Assembly (NCBI RefSeq): GCF_009914755.1
Contig: NC_060929.1
Source: the human T2T-CHM13v2.0 reference genome, Homo sapiens
DNA: 64,000 bases
Direction: 5' to 3' (one strand)
Below the pieces are notes generated by a model, which was given only the letters and a program-made list of their open reading frames with translations, had not been told where the DNA came from and made no database searches. Position 1 is the stretch's first letter; every line of letters begins with the position of its first letter. A program made the position numbers and the translations under genes. Shown here one piece after another: positions 55,941 through 64,000 of this stretch.

Positions 55941-57859
55941 TTGAGATTCATCTATCTAATTTTATTTTGGGCACATATTACAATACTATTGATTTCCAAA
56001 TGGCTTGATGTGCTCTGTGCTATTGCACTAATAATAATTCCTCCTGGCTGAAGGAGTACAGGGAAATCTGTGGTCACATGGACAGACTGGCAAAGAACTT
56101 TACCTGTTGCAAATAGTATTGAATTTAGTCCAGACTAACTGACCTATTTACTTCATAGATCACTACAGAGGCATAGTTCTTTGTCTCCACTAATGTACTA
56201 TAAACTAGGAAGAAGGCAGAGTGAGATGTTGAAAGCTCTTTAACAAAAGAGGACTTGTTTTTTAAAGATTTTGTTCTGCCCCGTTAGCTCTCTTTAGCGC
56301 AGCTTAATTTCTGACTAAGATATAGTATATTACCAGATGCCATGCTTTAAGAACTGCTGTATCTTTTTTTTCCTTTGGCAAGAAAGGCTGTGTCACAGGA
56401 TCACTTGGGTTGCCATTTTTCTAATGAGAGAATTACATGTACTTAGGCCAGCAACTTATTTTGGGATCCTAACAACGACAGAGTGTGAAACATGCCTTCT
56501 AAGTGTCTTCACATGTTTTCATACATGTAACTACAGCTCAAACAATCGTTGCAGCTTTAGGAACAAACTCTCAAACAGGATATTGCTTAGCATTCAATCA
56601 GTTGACTCAAATTCTTGTGCTGACAATCTGGCACCATTCTTAAAGCATTTTTTTCTACCTCTCAAAAAATTTTCTGAGCAGCTGTCATCATACTGCACCA
56701 CACATTGGGACACTCTAGATTTTGGAAGATTTTTTGCCACTTTTACTACTTGGCAAAAAAATGAAATAGGAAAGAAGGATGAGCAGACATCCACATATGA
56801 ACTATAAATGCCGGGCCACTCCACTTGCTAGCTTTTCTCATGAGCAACTATATAACAGATGGAGAAGACTCTTCATCTTCACAGCATTATTGTAAATTTC
56901 CAAAATTAAATACATTCATCCTGACTAATCTAAACATACCATTTTTGCCAATTGTAGTGATTTGTTTGACCTTGTATCTTCAGAAGTTCACGGGCTTGAA
57001 GAGAAGAGGACATTAGGGCAAAACAAATTTGATTCCTTTGAACTCCTTTATTTATTAATGAAAAATTGTTTTCCTTTAACACACAAAATGAATTAAAACC
57101 AAAGTGAACATTTCTTTATATTAAAAATACAATGTTATGAAATTGCTAATTTGCCAATGGATTCTGAACAGAAGAGCACAGATTAAAGGTAAAAGCAAAA
57201 GGATGTGGTGCCAAAATGTTTTGAATGTTTTTTTCCAAAGCACATAATCTTTCTTTTTTCTTTGTCAGTACTAAGAATTTGTATCCACATCCAAGCTTTC
57301 CAATATCCACCTTAGAATTGCCTTAAATACTATTTAGAATGACATTTTTATTTTTGTTTTCTCTAGTATCAGTGACTGTAGGTCAGGGCTTATTAGATGA
57401 GTGGAAAAAGGTGAAACCATACAAAATATAACTATGGGAATGAAGATGTCAGTCTTTGATAAAGTAAGAACCAATTTGGCATACAGTTACCCCTTTCTAA
57501 TGCCATTATTTAATAAATAGAAAATATTACTAGAAGATTTTGAAAGCTTATAGTAAATAGCCACTGGCAAAACACTGCAAAACTAAGCAATAAGGAAACA
57601 CAGTCTTGACAACTAGCTCAATCATGGTTCTTCTCATATCTTTGGAATGATGGAACAAATATAAGCAAAAGAAATAACCATACAGGTCAAATATTTTCCA
57701 AAATGATCTAAGTCATTGTAATGTTTTTCCTTAAAAGCCTGGCTATATATTTTGATGTCCCAAGCAAACATTTAAAAGAGGACTTGTATTTGTTTTTTTA
57801 TTTCTCTGTAACAAATTACCACCTAGTGCCCAGTGACTAAACCAGGAGTGTTGCTCAGA

Positions 57860-58914
57860 GAAAAGCATGCCACTGCCCCCAACTCCAGATCCAGAGTCAT
57901 GGCCCAGAGATTTTGCCCAGGGGGAGAAGAAGGCCATAAACTAGAGAGCTCTGAAGTTCTCCACAAAGGAACTGACTTTATTATAGAATATGAACAAGTT
58001 CAATCCTAAGGGTGCTATCAAAAACAGTGGTTTTGGTAGAAAGCAATGAAGAGCAGGCTGGTAGCTTCGTTATAGATAGAAACTAACCTATAGGCCAGCT
58101 AATTTACTGAGGGACCCCAGAAAAAGGAAAGCTAAGAAAAGCTTTCCTGGAATTAGAAGGGGCTTCAAACACTATCCCTGAAAAGGAGCCAGAATATAAC
58201 TAGATCAGTCTGTGGAGTAATTTATATTCCAGGACATTGTTAAAGACAATAGAGCAATCAACCAGCAATTAGTGGGGGTTAACAGGTGGTATGGTCAGAA
58301 GAGGCAGTCAAAGAGAGCCCTACCATAACACTGTGACATGCCCAAGGCTACACCCTTTGAGGAGCAAGATCAGAGGCTTCATCTTGCAGAGGGGAAATAG
58401 ACTCAAATAATCCAACCAGTCACTAAACAAATAAACAAGTAAACAACAGTAACAACCTTCACAGAAGAAAGAGGTGGACCAGTAGCAACCAACCAGAGTT
58501 GCTACAATATATCATCAAAAATGTCCAATTTTCGACAAAAATTATGATACATGCAAAGAAACAGGAAAATGTGACCACTACACGGGGAAAATAGCAAGCA
58601 ATGGAAACTGTCTATGAGAGCAACGCAATCACAGATTTAATTGACAAAGACTTCAAAGTAGCCATTATAAATGTGTTCAAAGACCTAAAGGAAGTCAAGA
58701 TTTAAAAAGTAAAGAAATATATGAAGACAATGCCTGACCAAATAGATAATGTCAATATAGAGACAGAAATTATAAAAAGAACCAAATGGAAATTTTGGCG
58801 ATGAAAAATACAATAACTGAAATGAAAAATTCACTAGAGGGACTCAACAGTAGACTTGAACTGGTAGAAGAATTAGCAAACTTCAAGATAGATTAGTAAA
58901 GATTCTGTAATCCA
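57860..58914 (+). mobile_element. Old L1M 5'UTR/ORF1 start (host of the young L1)
   Basis: 'gacaaagacttcaaagtagccattataaatgtgttcaaagacctaaag...aaaattcactagagggactcaacag'. Confidence 0.75.
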
Positions 58915-59819
58915 GGGGAGGAGCCAAGATGGCCAAATAGGAACAGCTCCGGTCTACAGCTCCCAGCGTGAGCAATGCAGAAGACAGGTGATTTCTGCAT
59001 TTCCATCTGAGGTACCGGCTGCATCTCACTAGGGAGTGCCAGACAGTGGGTGCAGGACAGTGGGTGCGCGCACCGTGTGCAAGCCAAAGCAGGGCGAGGC
59101 ATTGCCTCACCTGGGAAGCGCAAGGGGCCAGGGAGTTCCCTTTCCGAGTCAAAGAAAGGGGTGACTGACACACCTGGAAAATCGGGTCACTCCCACCCGA
59201 ATATTGCGCTTTTCAGACCGGCTTAAAAAACGGCGCACCACGAGACTATATCCCACACCTGGCTCGGAGGGTCCTACACCCACGGAATCTCGCTGATTGC
59301 TAGCACAGCAGTCTGAGATCAAACTGCAAGGCGGCAGCCAGGCTGGGGGAGGGGCGCCCGCCATTGCCCAGGCTTGCTTAGGTAAACAAAGCAGGCAGGA
59401 AGCTTGAACTGGGTGGAGCCCACCACAGCTCAAGGAGGCCTGCCTGCCACTGTAGGCCCCACCTCTGGGGGCAGGGCACAGACAAACAAAAAGACAGCAG
59501 TAACCTCTGCAGACTTAAATGTCCCTGTCTGACAGCTTTGAAGAGAGCAGTGGTTGTCCCAGCACGCAGCTGGAGATCTGAGAACCGGCAGATTGCCTCC
59601 TCAAGTGGGTCCCTGACCCCTGACCCCCGAGCAGCCTAACTGGGAGGCACCCCCCAGCAGGGGCACACTGACACCTCACACGGCAGGGTACTCCAACAGA
59701 CCTGCAGCTGAGGGTGCTGTCTGTTAGAAGGAAAACTAACAAAGAGAAAGGACATCCACACCGAAAACCCATCTGTACATCACGATCATCAAAGACCAAA
59801 AGTAGATAAAACCACAAAG
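58915..59819 (+). promoter_or_regulatory. L1 5'UTR bidirectional promoter (YY1 site caagatggcc at ~58925; SOX-like aaacaaa at ~59384 and ~59484; antisense promoter region)
   Basis: Motifs are seen directly; function is taken from established L1 biology. Confidence 0.85.
59149..59364 (-). CDS. ORF0: L1 ORF0, intact 71 aa (MAGAPPPAWLPPCSLISDCC...HPFL)
   Basis: Internal ATG of ORF 59149-59433; matches the known primate L1 ORF0 peptide. Confidence 0.85.
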   Translation of the reverse strand: MAGAPPPAWLPPCSLISDCCASNQRDSVGVGPSEPGVGYSLVVRRFLSRSEKRNIRVGVTRFSRCVSHPFL

Positions 59820-60836
59820 ATGGGGAAAAAACAGAGCAGAAAAACTGGAAACTCTAAAACGCAGAGCATCTCTCCTCCTCCAAAGGAACGCAGTTCTTCA
59901 CCAGCAACGGAAGAAAGCTGGATGGAGAATGACTTTGAAGAGCTGAGAGAAGAAGGCTTCAGACGATCAAATTACTCTGAGCTATGGGAGGACATTCAAA
60001 CCAAAGGCAAAGAAGTTGAAAACTTTGAAAACAATTTAGAAGAATGTATAACTAGAATAACCAATACAGAGAAGTGCTTAAAGGAGCTGATGGAGCTGAA
60101 AACCAAGGCTCGAGAACTACGTGAAGAATGAAGAAGCCTCAGGAGCCGATGCGATCAACTGGAAGAAAGGGTATCAGCAATGGAAGATGAAATGAATGAA
60201 ATGAAGCGAGAAGGGAAGTTTAGAGAAAAAAGAATAAAAAGAAATGAGCAAAGCCTCCAAGAAATATGGGACTATGTGAAAAGACCAAATCTATGTCTGA
60301 TTGGTGTACCTGAAAGTGATGGGGAGAATGGAACCAAGTTGGAAAACACTCTGCAGGATATTATCCAGGAGAACTTCCCCAATCTAGCAAGGCAGGCCAC
60401 CGTTCAGATTCAGGAAATACAGAGAACACCACAAAGATACTCCTCGAGAAGAGCAACTCCAAGACACATAATTGTCAGATTCACCAAAGTTGAAATGAAG
60501 GAAAAAATGTTAAGGGCAGCCAGAGAGAAAGGTCGGGTTACCCTCAAAGGGAAGCCCATCAGACTAACAGCGGATCTCTCGGCAGAAACCCTACAAGCCA
60601 GAAGAGAGTGGGGGCCAATATTCAACATTCTTAAAGAAAAGAATTTTCAACCCAGAATTTCATATCCAGCCAAACTAAGCTTCATAAGTGAAGGAGAAAT
60701 AAAATACTTTACAGACAAGCAAATGCTGAGAGATTTTGTCACCACCAGGCCTGCCCTAAAAGAGCTCCTGAAGGAAGCGCTAAACATGGAAAGGAACAAC
60801 CGGTACCAGCCGCTGCAAAATCATGACAAAATGTAA
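59820..60836 (+). pseudogene. ORF1: L1 ORF1 with a premature stop at codon 104 (TGA 60129-60131) and R159C
   Basis: Split into in-frame ORFs 59820-60131 and 60180-60836; total span is 338 codons + stop. Confidence 0.96.
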
Positions 60837-60875
60837 AGACCATCGAGACTAGGAAGAAACTGCATCAACTAATGA

Positions 60876-64000
<3,125 letters not shown>

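Noticed and set aside
56245-57787. 14-bp direct repeat aaaagaggacttgt flanking 1.5 kb (possible TSD of a processed pseudogene)
   Set aside because: No polyA tail or mRNA-like content between the copies; a 14-mer match at this spacing is plausible by chance in AT-rich DNA

Overview
This is primate (hominoid, human-like) euchromatic DNA, AT-rich and dominated by interspersed repeats. I found no recognisable host protein-coding exon or RNA gene, so the window is intergenic or lies inside a very large intron. It contains old HAL1/L1M fossils, several L1PA/L1PB copies, 12 Alu or Alu-monomer insertions, solo LTRs (MaLR, ERV1 MER4-group, MER21), hAT MITEs, MIR/L2 relics and microsatellites, often nested and with readable target-site duplications (TSDs). 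The main element is a 5'-complete young L1 (L1PA2-like) starting at 58915 and running off the window. It has an intact antisense ORF0, an ORF1 nonsense mutation, and an ORF2 that appears open with intact endonuclease residues but a mutated RT active site (FADD->FADH, D703H). Other notable events are a twin-primed (5'-inverted) L1, a TSD-flanked orphan-transduction-like insert, and templated-insertion scars. Subfamily names come from recalled consensus motifs and need RepeatMasker/Dfam confirmation. I do not see convincing evidence of a new biological system.
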